From: Chiloscyllium plagiosum
Lineage: Eukaryota
Direction: 5' to 3'
Length of the DNA: 20,000 bases
Assembly: GCF_004010195.1 (NCBI RefSeq)
Contig: NC_057760.1
Location: 3,911,622 to 3,931,621 of the forward strand
Positions 1 through 10,790 of the stretch are shown here, in pieces. The position numbers were made by a program, and so were the translations under genes. Position 1 is the stretch's first letter; each line of letters starts with the position of its first letter. The notes under the pieces were generated by a model. That model did not search any database, had not been told where the DNA came from, and worked only from the letters and a program-made list of their open reading frames with translations.

Positions 1-1659
1 CCAATTTTGGTGTCATCTGCAAACTTACTAACTGTATCTCTTATGCTCGCATCCAAATCATTTATGTAAATGACAAAAAATAGAGGACCCAGCACCGATC
101 CTTGTGGCACTCCACTGGTCACAGGCCTCCAGTCTGAAAAGCAACCCTCCACCACCATTCTATGTCTTCTTCCTTTGAGCCAGTTCTGTATTCACATGGC
201 TAGTTCTCCCTGTATTCCTGAGATCTAACCTTGCTAATCAGTCTCCCATGGGAACCTTGTCGAATGCCTTACTGAAGTCCATATAGATCACATCTACTGC
301 TCTGCCCTCATCAATCCTCTTTGTTACTTCTTCAAAAAACTCAATCAAGTTTGTGAGACATGATTTCCAATGCACAAAGCCATGTTGACTATCCCTAATC
401 AGTCCTTGCCTTTCCAAATACATGTACATCCTGTCCCTCAGGATTCCCTCCGATAACTTGCCTACCACCGTCAGGCTCACTTGTCTATAGTTCCCTGGCT
501 TGTCCTTACCACCCTTCTTAAACAGTGGCACCACGTTTGCCAACCTCCAGTCTTCCGGCACCTCACCTGTGACTATCGATGATACAAATATCTCAGCAAG
601 AGGCCCAGCAATCACTTCTCTAGCTTCCCACAGAGTTCTCAGGTACACCTGATCAGGCCCTGGGGATTTATCCACCTTTGCCCATTTCAAGCCATCCAGC
701 ACTTCCTCCTCTGTAATCTGGACATTTTGCAAGATGTCACCATCTATTTCCCTACATTCTATATCTTCCATGTCCTTTTCCAAAGTAAATACTGATGCAA
801 AATTCTCATTTAATATCACCCCATTTTCTGTGGCTCCACACAAAAGCTGCCTTGCTGATCTTTGAGGGGCCGTATTCTCTCCCTAGTTACCCTTTTGTCC
901 TTAATGTATTTGTAAAAACCCTTTGTATTCTCCTTAATTCTATTTGCCAAAGCTATCTCATGTCCCCTTTTTGCCCTCCTGATTTCCCTCTTAAGTATAC
1001 TCCTACTGCCTTTATACTTCTAAGAATTCACTTGATCTATCCTGTCAATACCTTACATATGCTTCCTTCTGTTTCTTAACCAAACCCTCAATTTCTTTAG
1101 TCATCCAGCATTCCCTATACCTACTAGCTTTTCCTTTCACCATGACAGGAATATACTTTCTCTGGATTTGCGTTATCTCATTTCTAAAGGCTTCCCATTT
1201 TCCAGCCGTCCCTTTACCTGCGAACATCTTGCCTAATACTGCCAAAATTGGTCTTTCTCCAATTTAGAACTTCATCTTTTAGATCTGGTCTACCCTTTTC
1301 CATCACTATTTTAAATCTAATGGAATTATGGTCGCTGGCCCCAAAGTGCTCCCCCACTGACACCTCAGTCACCTGCCCTGCCTGATTTCCCAAGAGTCAG
1401 TCAAGGTTTCCACATTCTCTAGTAGGTCCATCCACATACTGAATCAGAAAATTGTCTTGTGCATACTTAACAAATTCCTCTCCATCTAAACCTTTAACAC
1501 TATGGCAGTCCCAGTCGATGTTTGGAAAGTTAAAATCCCCTGCCATAACCACCCTATTATTCTTACAGATAGCTGACATCTCCTTACAAGTTTGTTTCTC
1601 AATTTCCCTCTGACTATCAGGGGGTCAATAATGCAATCCCAATAAGGTGATCATCCCTT
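1..1659 (-). mobile_element. CR1-clade LINE, 5'-truncated and frameshifted ORF2 (APE endonuclease to reverse transcriptase); continues beyond the window start
   Basis: Minus-strand translations give the endonuclease motif VVMAGDFNFPNIDWD (ORF 1397-1579). RT motifs follow: KSPGPD, GEVPEDWRLANVVPLFKKG, SQHGF, YMDFSKAFDKVP (ORF 238-843), then [10 protein letters not shown] and [10 protein letters not shown] at about 1-120. The ORF is split across frames. Confidence 0.95.
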
Positions 1660-1764
1660 AACCTGGTACTTCTCCTATTCCCAGATCCCTCCTTTCCCAT
1701 GAACATAAGAACTCTTTTAACAATCATGAGCAACTTTGCAATGCAGTTTGAGTTCAAAACAATC

Positions 1765-1912
1765 GACATCACAGAAATAGGATATTCGACCCATCAAGTC
1801 TGTGTTAATTCTTTCACAGAAAAAACCAGTCAGTTCTCCTACTGTGCAACATGCTATTTCCCCAGTTTTTTCTCCAAGTATTTCTCCAATTTCATTTTGA
1901 ACACTAATTTGG
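1765..1912 (-). mobile_element. Degenerate CR1 3'-end fragment
   Basis: cacagaaataggatattcgacccatcaagtctgtg...ccaagtatttctccaatttcattttgaa resembles the reverse complement of CR1 3' tails. Recognised from memory only; boundaries approximate. Confidence 0.4.
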
Positions 1913-1961
1913 ACCAACTTCATCTCATTAATCAGTGCTTTCTAAGTCTTAACCAATTTGT

Positions 1962-2267
1962 GGCAGCATGGTGGCTCAGTGGTTAGCACTGCTGCCTCAC
2001 AGTGCCAGGGACCCGGATTCAATTCCCACCTTGGGTAACGGGTCTGTGTAAAGTTTGCACATTCTCTCTGTGTCTGCGTGGGTTTCCTCCCACAGTCCAA
2101 AGATGTGCAGGTTAGGTGAATTGGCCATGTTAAATTGACGGTAGTGTTAGGTGCACTTGTCAGGGGTGAATGTAGGGAAATGGGTCTGGCTGGATTGCTC
2201 TTCGCAGGGTCGGTGTGGACTTGTTGGGTCGAAGGGCCTGTTTCCACACTGTGGGGAATCTAATCTA
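1962..2267 (+). mobile_element. HE1-type tRNA-derived SINE
   Basis: A-box TGGCTCAGTGG, B-box-like GGATTCAATTCCC, core gggtttcctcccacagtccaaagatgtgcaggttagg, and a 3' end gaagggcctgtttccacactgt plus aatctaatcta. Clearly homologous to three other copies in the window. Confidence 0.92.
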
Positions 2268-2623
2268 TTTTCTCAAGCCATCTGATTCTTTGGTCAACCA
2301 ATTTACAAGTTTAATCAGATGGCCTGAATTTTCAATCTTTCAGCCATTTGAATCAATTATTCTATCCACACCCATCATTCTCTGAAACATGCAGTTGATG
2401 AGGTTCAAGTTGAAGACAGACATGTGATTGAAGAGGTTTTGCAAAATGTTCTCTCCAATGAGCACTGCAACCCTTCCGTCCTTGCTGAGCTCCCTTCCAT
2501 GCTTGGCCCATATCATCTTGATAGTCCTGAAGAAACTGTGAAAGTTAATGGTGTTTATATGTTGCTACATTGGCTGCATGTTGGAAGCAGGTCAGAAAGG
2601 GTGCATGAGGCTGATTCCTACGA

Positions 2624-2892
2624 TGAGGAATGTCTTATAATCAGATTCAGCAGGGTAGGCCTATATTCATTTAGAAGAATGAGAGGTAATTTTATTGAAA
2701 TATACAAGATACTGAGTAGGAGGCTGATTCACCTTGGAATCTGGAACTAAGAAATCTCCCATTTAAGACAAATGAGGACTTCATTTTCTTAAGAATCATT
2801 AAGCATTGCAATTCTGTTAACCTGGGCATTGGAGGTTACATCATTGATTATCTTCAGGGCTGACAGAGAGCTTTTGATTGACAGAAGAAGTC
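2624..2892 (+). mobile_element. Old, degenerate CR1 ORF2 3'-end remnant
   Basis: Translates to RFSRVGLYSFRRMRGNFIEIYKIL, the CR1 C-terminal LGL.SLE.RR.RGD.IE.YKI motif, followed by decayed 3' sequence. Confidence 0.7.
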
Positions 2893-2896
2893 CTAA

Positions 2897-3044
2897 CTGC
2901 CATGTTTACCTGGTCTGACCTATAAGTGACTCCAGACCCACAGTAATGTGATTGAATCTTAACATCCGTCTGGACAATTAAGGATAAACTATAAATGCTG
3001 GCCTGGCCAGTGACCCCCTCATCTCATGAATGAATTAAAAAAAA
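2897..3044 (+). mobile_element. 3' half of a second SINE family with an L2/CR1-like tail and A-tail
   Basis: 2897-2938 is homologous to 3256-3297. It ends aaatgctggcctggccagtgaccccctcatctcatgaatgaatt(A)8, a tail also seen at 18583-18619 (+) and 16561-16598 (-). Confidence 0.75.
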
Positions 3045-3046
3045 GT

Positions 3047-3317
3047 CAGTGGGGGAAATATTACTGCTAGACTATCAGTCCAGTGACTCAGATAATACCC
3101 TTGAGAACTCGAATTTGAATTCTGCCATGCAGATAGTGGAATTTGAATTCAATAAAAAGAAAATATGGAAAAAATAGACTAACAATGAATACGAAACATT
3201 TGTCGATTGGCAGAAAAACCCATCCGATTGACTAATATTCTTCAGGGAAGGAAATCTGCCATCCTTACCTGGCCTGGCTGATATGCGACTCCAGACCAGC
3301 CTCTGGGCAACTGGGGA
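3047..3317 (+). mobile_element. Second, longer copy of the same SINE family (decayed head, internal deletion near the 3' end)
   Basis: Contains gtggaatttgaattcaataaaaa...aaaacccatccgattgactaatattcttcagggaaggaaatctgccatccttacctgg...gactccagacc, and shares about 42 nt with the copy immediately upstream. Confidence 0.7.
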
Positions 3318-4575
3318 GAAAGGCCAACTTTGAAATCTTTCATCTTAATTTCTTGCAGCATTACTTGTGTGGCCTTGGACATTTTGAAGCTTTGTTGATT
3401 GGAGATTGTAGGTCAGATAAAGCTGGTGATTATAGCAGCAGCCTTCGATTTCTGTTATGCTGTGGGTCATGTGAATATCCCTGCGATTTCTAGTTCCAAT
3501 GAGAACAAAATTAAATAGCTGCCAGCGTTGCCCAGAGGTCTTGTGTTTGATCCACTGATGGAAGGTCTTTCCAAAAGAAAGGTGCACCTTGTCTTGTGCC
3601 TTCAAATTGCCTCCTCCTGCATGTAGTGTCTCCAGTGGGAGCTGTGGTTACGTGCAGTGAGAGCTGGTGGTAGCGCTCAGGCCTCTACCTATTGAGGCTG
3701 GTGAAGGCGCAAACATCCCAAACTTCATTGTGACAAGTGGGCAATATCTGTGCACAATTTGTCTTAATAATGGAAGGCCTTTGCAAACTAATTGTCACAT
3801 GATCCAACAGCAAGTAGATTTCAAGAAAACTGGAGACCAGGTTCTGCTGTGAGATATCAGCATAAACTATGCAGATCATACACAGGTACAAATGACCCTT
3901 TACAATGAGAGCAGGTTATTGTTACATCAACTGAAGAGGCTGGACTGAGGGCTGACTACCTCATGTCATGTTGCCTTAACATGCCAGACTGCACAAAATT
4001 TCCCTTCACTCCCAGTGACCTCAGTTTTGCTTGATGTCACTTGTAAATGTTAGCTGAAACTTCAATAATTAATAAACCCTGGCAAACCCTTGACTGGACA
4101 TTGTGGACTATGCAACAATGTGACAAATTTACCACAAACAGCCCTGAATACCTGTGCAAATAGAACCCCAGGAGGAAGACAGAGTTATTAAAACTTGTTG
4201 TAAGTGATGTTTACGTTGCTGTTTTAACTCAGCATAGGAAGGTTAGGGTTAGGCACCAGGCAACGTACAAAGTGACACTTGGCCAGTGCCAAGGAGCTTA
4301 TTGGTCTGTGGAGTGGTGACCAGTTGTTAATGACAAAGGCCTTCTGTATGCCAACTGTTAAACAGATCCTGGAGAAGTGAGATTCATGAATAGCAAGTTC
4401 TGACAAGCAAAAGGATCATCTCAATGAACCACAGACAGGGACTGCAAACTACCTTCTCCCTGCACCCATAACAGCAATGTCTGTGTGTTTGACAGCAATT
4501 AGAAGAGTAGTTATAAACTAATGGTTCGTAATTGTTTAACTGCAGCTAGAATCTATTCATTTGTAATAAATTATA

Positions 4576-4820
4576 AGAGCAAGAATGCGCATATAAGAGT
4601 GTGTGTGGGTAGAGTGCAGATATGAGAGTGAATGAGTGCAGGTATGAGTGTGTGTGTAGGTATACAGCACAGGTATGAGTGAGAGAATGTATGCAGGTAC
4701 AGAGCGCGAACATGACAGCGAGAGCGCAAGCAAGAATGCAGGAGTGAGTGAAAGTGCAGTATGCATGTGAGCGAGAAAGCAGGACGACAGAAGCATGTAC
4801 AAGAGTGAGTGTATGTGACA
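4576..4820. repeat. Degenerate GA/GT-rich minisatellite or low-complexity tract
   Basis: Recurrent gagtgcag(g/a)tatgag(a/t)gtg-like units of about 20-22 nt. They produce spurious H/T/S/L-rich ORFs in all three minus frames. Confidence 0.75.
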
Positions 4821-5085
4821 GCCTGGCGGTTGTGTCCATGTGTCAGTCCATCTCTTTCCCTAGCCTGCAATGAAGACATTTTTTTCAGCTTCAAACAATA
4901 ACGAAGCATTGCTGAACCTAACTCCATGGATTACCCAGTTTTGAAAATATTAGCATGCTACTGTCAATGATAAATCACAACATTCTATCTGAATAACCAA
5001 TTCAGTGCCAATAGAGCATTTCTTCATACACCTGTAGGACTCTACCACTGCCTACTGAACAGGACTTTCCCTCTCGGCTGACTTC

Positions 5086-5091
5086 TTTATT
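5086..5091 (-). promoter_or_regulatory. Candidate AATAAA polyadenylation signal for the smad transcript
   Basis: Plus-strand tttatt reads AATAAA on the gene strand. It is the first canonical hexamer I found downstream of the stop codon. ATTAAA variants occur earlier and there is no transcript evidence. Confidence 0.3.
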
Positions 5092-6131
5092 TGTAAGGGA
5101 ATAAGACAAATCTGAGTTTTATGGAAAAATAATTTTTCAATTGTAAGGCAGTGATACCCCAGATTCCTGCCAGCTTTCAAATAACTACTTGGAAAATGAA
5201 GGACATCCCTACGTGACTCCCTGTCCTAACCTTACATATTCCTGCCTTCCAAACTGGCAATAGCCTCCCACCCAGTCCAAATATGGTCAGGTCAATTGCA
5301 AAGCCTCTATACCTCATCCGGCTGAGATGAGCAAAGTTAAGTAATTCATATTGGGATATTCCTTGAGGATACGTGGCTCAAAATTATATCAGTGTACTGT
5401 CAGGCAGAAGGAATAATGAGAGAATGGCAGAAAAGCTATTTACAACACAAGTTAAATTTCTCACAAACACTTTGTAAAAGATCAAGTACACAGATTATTG
5501 ACACGAGATTTTATACACGTGACGAGGGCAGCTTCAACCTCCTCTTTACACACATCAAATACCGACAAGCCTATTACTGCTTGCCAGGAACAATACACAT
5601 ACAATAGGCTCTAAACAAATTTTCAAATCAGATGCAGAGTATTGGCACTCATTTGTACCACAGCCTCACAGTTTAATTATTTACTTAGTAACTAAGTATA
5701 AATAGAACAGGAAACAAGCCTTACCATGAAATATAGTTGAAAATCTAAGTGCTCCCATAGCTAATTCTGTGCTGGGGTACAGTTTATATCTGGGGCAAAA
5801 ACTGCTACATTAACGTGGAATAGTTTAGTATTAAAGGATTTTTCTGTTCAATCTCCCACTGACCAAGGCAATTAGAATCTTTCTTCTCCCCAAATACTTC
5901 CTGCTCAAGAGGGATGTGGCAGTGTGGGGCTGATATTTCTTTTGGGATCTGTTTGCACAATGACTTACTGACAAGCAGCTTACTGATTTGCCATGGTTTT
6001 ATATGGGTGAGGAGATAGTTGCAGGGAAGTGAAGAAAGATATCGCAGAATCAATTGGCTTTAAGTTCATTGATGATGACCATTGCTTCAACAGTAAGGAG
6101 ATGAGTTGTTCATGTATTACATTGTTGTCTC

Positions 6132-6236
6132 GTGGATGTAGGTTTGCTTGCTGAGCTGGAGGGCTTGTTTTTCAGCTCAGTAAGCAAATTTACATCTAGA
6201 ACCTCAACCTGACTACAAATCTTCTCAAAGCTCGCT
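6132..6236 (+). mobile_element. Penelope-type terminal-repeat mini-insertion with 28-bp inverted repeat
   Basis: Exact 11-bp TSD attgttgtctc at 6121-6131 and 6237-6247. Inverted arms at 6133-6160 and 6171-6198. caaatttacatctagaac resembles caaacctacaccctaaac at the 3' end of the Penelope copy (about 13290-13307). Confidence 0.75.
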
Positions 6237-8413
6237 ATTGTTGTCTCATATTTGACGTTAAACCAAATCTTATGTACAGATCCAATTGCAAGCATTGATT
6301 CTTGGAGATATGGTGACAGCATAGCTTTTATAATGTGGCTTCATGACACAACTCGGAAGGCTGGTCATTCTCTCAAGTGTACTGACAGCATAGTCATCAG
6401 CAAACATCCTCTCACCTAGTAGCTGCTGTGATCCGTGTGGGATCCTTAAGCCTTTTCAGATTCCTGAATAGGGTATGTGCTATGTCACAATCTTTGTGTG
6501 TATACAAGAATATAGCTGAAGAGTACTTGGTAAACAGTACTGGAGCCATGAATGGTGCTAATCGTACCAGGAAAAGCATCTGATAAGATTCATTATTATG
6601 TATCACACTGACCATCATGGAATGAATAGACAATCAGATCAACTTTTCAGGACAGCTGTACGATAATTCAGCTTGGGCAACAAACACCTTTCAGAGATCC
6701 CCATCTAACAGTATTCTTGAATTTTATGCACTAAAGATTACACTGAATATTCCTTGATCAGCACAGAAGTTCTATTGCAATAACTGACAATGACCCAGAA
6801 AGAACCACCCCGTTCAACTCCTGAAAGGCAAGGCTGCAGCAGGAATTGAAATACAGTAGTATACTCAGTCATCTTTGGCCAAATACAGATTACACTTAGT
6901 CAGATATCTCCAGAAGAATAAGCGAACACATTGGTCAACAAGTCTTGAAGAACACCTGCAAGCCTCAAACTGCTGAAACTGCTTTTAATCTTTGGCAAAG
7001 TTCTATTTGTATGGGTCGAGGCCTGCCAGCTGTTTAATAGTTAATCTCTGCCATAGACTGTACCTCAGGTGACACTCTGATGTTATAACCCGCTAAACCA
7101 ACTTTGAGTTCTACTCAAATTTCTGACACAATTCCATTCATTAATTTGATAGCTTAGCATGCTTCCTGCAACACAGAATTCAAACTGTCCAAGGACACTG
7201 GAGGGTGAGATGGGGTGGTAGAGTGCATGACCCCAGCACCACCCACAGCAGCTTCTGTGTGCTGGCGAGTACAAGGATCAGGATTTATCCTTAGAAGTGG
7301 GAGGGGACATTGTAAAGAGATAAAATTTCAGCTTATGTTATCAGGATGCAAGCCCCAGGTAGCTTATGGTGAAGGGATGGGGATGGTGAAGCTTTGGGTA
7401 AGAGGATAACAGGAGAAATTATAGTACACGTTTCAACGGCATGATAAGAACAGAAAGAAGGTGGAGACACAATCTAGCAGAAGGGGGCAAACAGCCAATC
7501 AGGGCTATGGACAGGAAACTTGACGAATCACAATTTATACTCAATTAGAAGATCAGAGACATCAGGGTGTACATCACGCTATTTGGGAGGGGAAAATGGG
7601 ACTGTCAAAGTGCATATTCCAGGTGCCAGACTGATGAAATCCTTCTTAGATTGATAATTATCACAAAATGAGACTTATAGTAAGCAGTCCCTTCACCCTC
7701 TCCCATACCACACACAGCTTGATAGAGAATCCTACAAGAGGATGACTGGAGCAAATTGTGAGGTGGCTGGGTGGGGGAAAAAAGCAACTCCAATCATATG
7801 CAGTTAATGCACTTCTGTTACAGAAAGCAGTGGTGATGGTTAGGATTTCATCCTGCGCCATTAGGAGGAGGTTAATGGAGAAGACATTATGCTATTGTCA
7901 TTGTGGAGCAACAGAAAAGTCCACTTTTCCCATTCAGTACAACAAAAATTACAGCAAATAACACTCCTTACTTGTCCCATTTAAAACTGAACAGTTGCCA
8001 CAGCCAATTGAAATGCAGCTCCCATTGCAATGTCCTATTCAGCATTGGTTACACCATGTTTTAAATACTCCATAGAGCTCCCATTTCACTTTCCAAACAA
8101 GAAATCAGACAAGTATCATAATTACAATCCTTTGAAAGTTGAGATTTAGCAATTGTATCACCAGCAGAAGAGGACCTCACAGCAGACACAAAGACTGAGC
8201 TGCCTCATTGCTCCACTTCAGTGTGATTGGTGCTCTTCGGAACTCTACTTCCAAGAGTATGATATAAACCTCAAGCTTATCATGATCAAGAGAATCCTCA
8301 GCCATATATAGGTTACATTTAGAGCATGCAGTTCTTGAATCTAGTTCCAAGTTTTGGTCAGCATCTCCTCTTCCTCTTCCTGAAGGAAACAGCCCTTGTG
8401 ACGGTCTTGATTT

Positions 8414-8710
8414 TAGATTAGATTACTTAGTGTGGAAACAGGCCCCTCAGCCCAACAAGTCCACACCGACCCTCTGAGCAGCAACCCACCCAGACCCATT
8501 CCCCTACATTTACCCCTTCACCTAACATTATGGGCAATTTAACATGGCTAATTCACCTAACCTGCACATTTTTGGACTGTGGGAGGAAACCCACGCAGAC
8601 ACTGGGAGAATGTGCAAACCCCACACAGACAGTTGCCTGAGGCAGGAATTGAACCCGGGTCCCTAGCACTGTGAGGCAGCAGTGCTAACCACTGCGCCAC
8701 CGTGCTGCCC
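8414..8710 (-). mobile_element. HE1-type tRNA-derived SINE
   Basis: The reverse complement starts gggcagcacggtggcgcagtggttagcactgctgcctcacag, has B-box GGTTCAATTCC, and ends cctgtttccacactaagtaatctaatcta. Confidence 0.93.
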
Positions 8711-9177
8711 ACTATAGGCTTTTGTTTGAGATAGGCAACAATCTGTACACATGAACAAAGACAGCAAGTGGCAGCAAGATGATAATCACAACTGAGCCTC
8801 ATCCTGTGTCAGCTGATGAGGAGGGAATCATTACTGGAGAGCAGGACACTAAAGCTGCAATTAGGAGGAATAAAGGCATTTGGCCCAAATCAAACACTGG
8901 CTATATATACAGCTGGTACACTGATTCTCTATTAAAGTGGTAGACAGGTCTATTCTGGGTAATGCAGCAAACATATCACAGAAAGGCCATGTCCTGACTA
9001 CAAGTTGACTTGGCAAAGGAACCAAAATAGAAGTGAATCCAGATAAAAACAAAACTAGATGTATAAGACAGTTACAATTCTGCACTGCACAAACGTCAGA
9101 GCCAGATCAGAATTGTTCTATGCTATATTTGTAGACATTACAGTGGCACATCAGCATTCTAATGCAACTTTCAAACA

Positions 9178-9258
9178 ATATGGGACTAGATCAATTTAGG
9201 ATATCTTGTTGGCATAGACAAGTTAGACCGAAGGGTCTGTTTCTGTGCTGTACAACTT
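9178..9258 (+). mobile_element. Short CR1 3'-tail fragment
   Basis: ttggcatagacaagttagaccgaagggtctgtttctgtgctgtac matches the CR1 tail at 16643-16700 (-) and the HE1 3' ends. Confidence 0.7.
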
Positions 9259-9748
9259 GATGTTCGGCTGTTGCAAAGCTCAAACTACAGGGAGTAAAGT
9301 GAGAAGAGGTAGTATGAATGCTGGGACTTATGGAAGACTTGTAATACCTCAGCTTACAGTCATTCACAATCCAATTGAACCTAGATGAAAATCACTGAGG
9401 CTGACAGTTGAATCTTCTTCTCTTGCAAGAACCTAGATGTGATAATTACACTTGTGGCAGGGCCTTCAGGCTTTGCAATAATAGAATATGAGCAATCATT
9501 GGAGTTCTGCTGCAGAGTTAGTGAATATAATCCAGCCAAATGTGTTTCAAGTTTATCCTCAAGCCTGAAATGCTGAATAACAAAAGTGAACGACAAAGAA
9601 CTAGATGGACTGTAATGCCTCGTCTTTCAACGATGGAAGGAGTCAGGTGCAAATGCAGTAAGCAATTTGCTAAAGGCAATGGAGCAGCTTTCAGACTGTC
9701 GATTCTCAATCTGCTCTGGAAGTAAATTCACCAGATTATGAAATACTT

Positions 9749-9927
9749 TCAAAAACCGCAAGAACTGCAGATGCTGTAAATCAGAAACAAAAACAGAAGT
9801 TGCTGGAAAAGCTCAGCAGGTCTGGAAGCATTTGTGAAGATAAATCAGAGTTAACATTTCGGGTCCAGTGACCCTTCTTCAGAACCATCAGTTGCCAGAC
9901 TTGCTGACATTTCCCAGCAACTTCTGT
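9749..9927 (-). mobile_element. Non-autonomous Penelope-type mini-element with hammerhead motif and inverted duplication
   Basis: Exact 13-bp TSD ttatgaaatactt at 9736-9748 and 9928-9940. Arms 9791-9829 and 9891-9929 are 33/39 complementary. The body is homologous to the elements at 15698-15836 and 17413-17540 (gacctgctg..ttttccagca, cagcatctgcagt). Confidence 0.82.
9849..9886 (-). ncRNA. Minimal type I hammerhead ribozyme motif (stem III variant AUGU)
   Basis: Minus strand reads GGTT-CTGAAGA-A-GGGTC(ACTG)GACCC-GAAA-T-GTT-AACT. Core and 5-bp stem II are intact, stem I is GGUU/AACU, and the predicted cleavage triplet GUU is at 9855-9853. Confidence 0.6.
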
Positions 9928-10559
9928 TTATGAAATACTTATACCTGGCCATGTGAAGACTCCATTCAGGAAAATATATGCAGCATACCATGATGTACTA
10001 TATTATTAGATCAAGTAGTTAAAACAGTCCTCAGCAATTTCACCTCTAGCTTTAGATTGTGGCACAGTATAGTGACATTGAATGATAACAGAACAACTGG
10101 GCTTAAGTTCTCGAAAATGAAAGTCACTCTGAGTATCTACTGCCCAGGTCATAAGTCTAAAAACTGTTTGAAGATTCTTGCCCTGATAAACCGGTTATAC
10201 AGGAAATCCAAAATTAGAGCAAGTAAATCTGCAACAAATTCCGCATTCGGAATTGAACTGGAACCAGATCCTCTGTTATTTGCTGCAAATCCTAATTAGA
10301 AAACTAAATAAATACATTTTGTAGAGGTAAGGGCAGCAAGTTCCAAAAGCATCTCCAATGTAGTTGTAGTGTGAATTTTTCATGACCATGATTTAAAGAA
10401 AATGGTCAACAAGCAATAAGATAAACATAAACATATAAAAATAAAGTTATGCTGTATCAGTCTGTCTTGACTGCTGACGTCCCAGATTCAAGTGATCAGT
10501 TTACAAGTTTGATAATAAGTAAGAAGAAGAAGATGACAAAACTCGGAAGGTGATTTGTG

Positions 10560-10790
<231 letters not shown>

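Noticed and set aside
1962..2030. tRNA-like A/B boxes here and at about 8640-8710, 15907-15970 and 18253-18320
   Set aside because: These are SINE heads continuing into HE1 body sequence, not tRNA genes.
4241..4253. ggttagggttagg telomere-like motif
   Set aside because: Only two units; expected by chance.
4546..4927. Three overlapping minus-strand ORFs of 81-118 aa
   Set aside because: Artefacts of the low-complexity repeat.
7631..7660. CTGATGA followed by a small AATC/GATT stem, hammerhead-like
   Set aside because: It is followed by GATA instead of GAAA, with no stem I/III and no TSD. The CTGATGA hits near 8813 and 14196 also lack GAAA.
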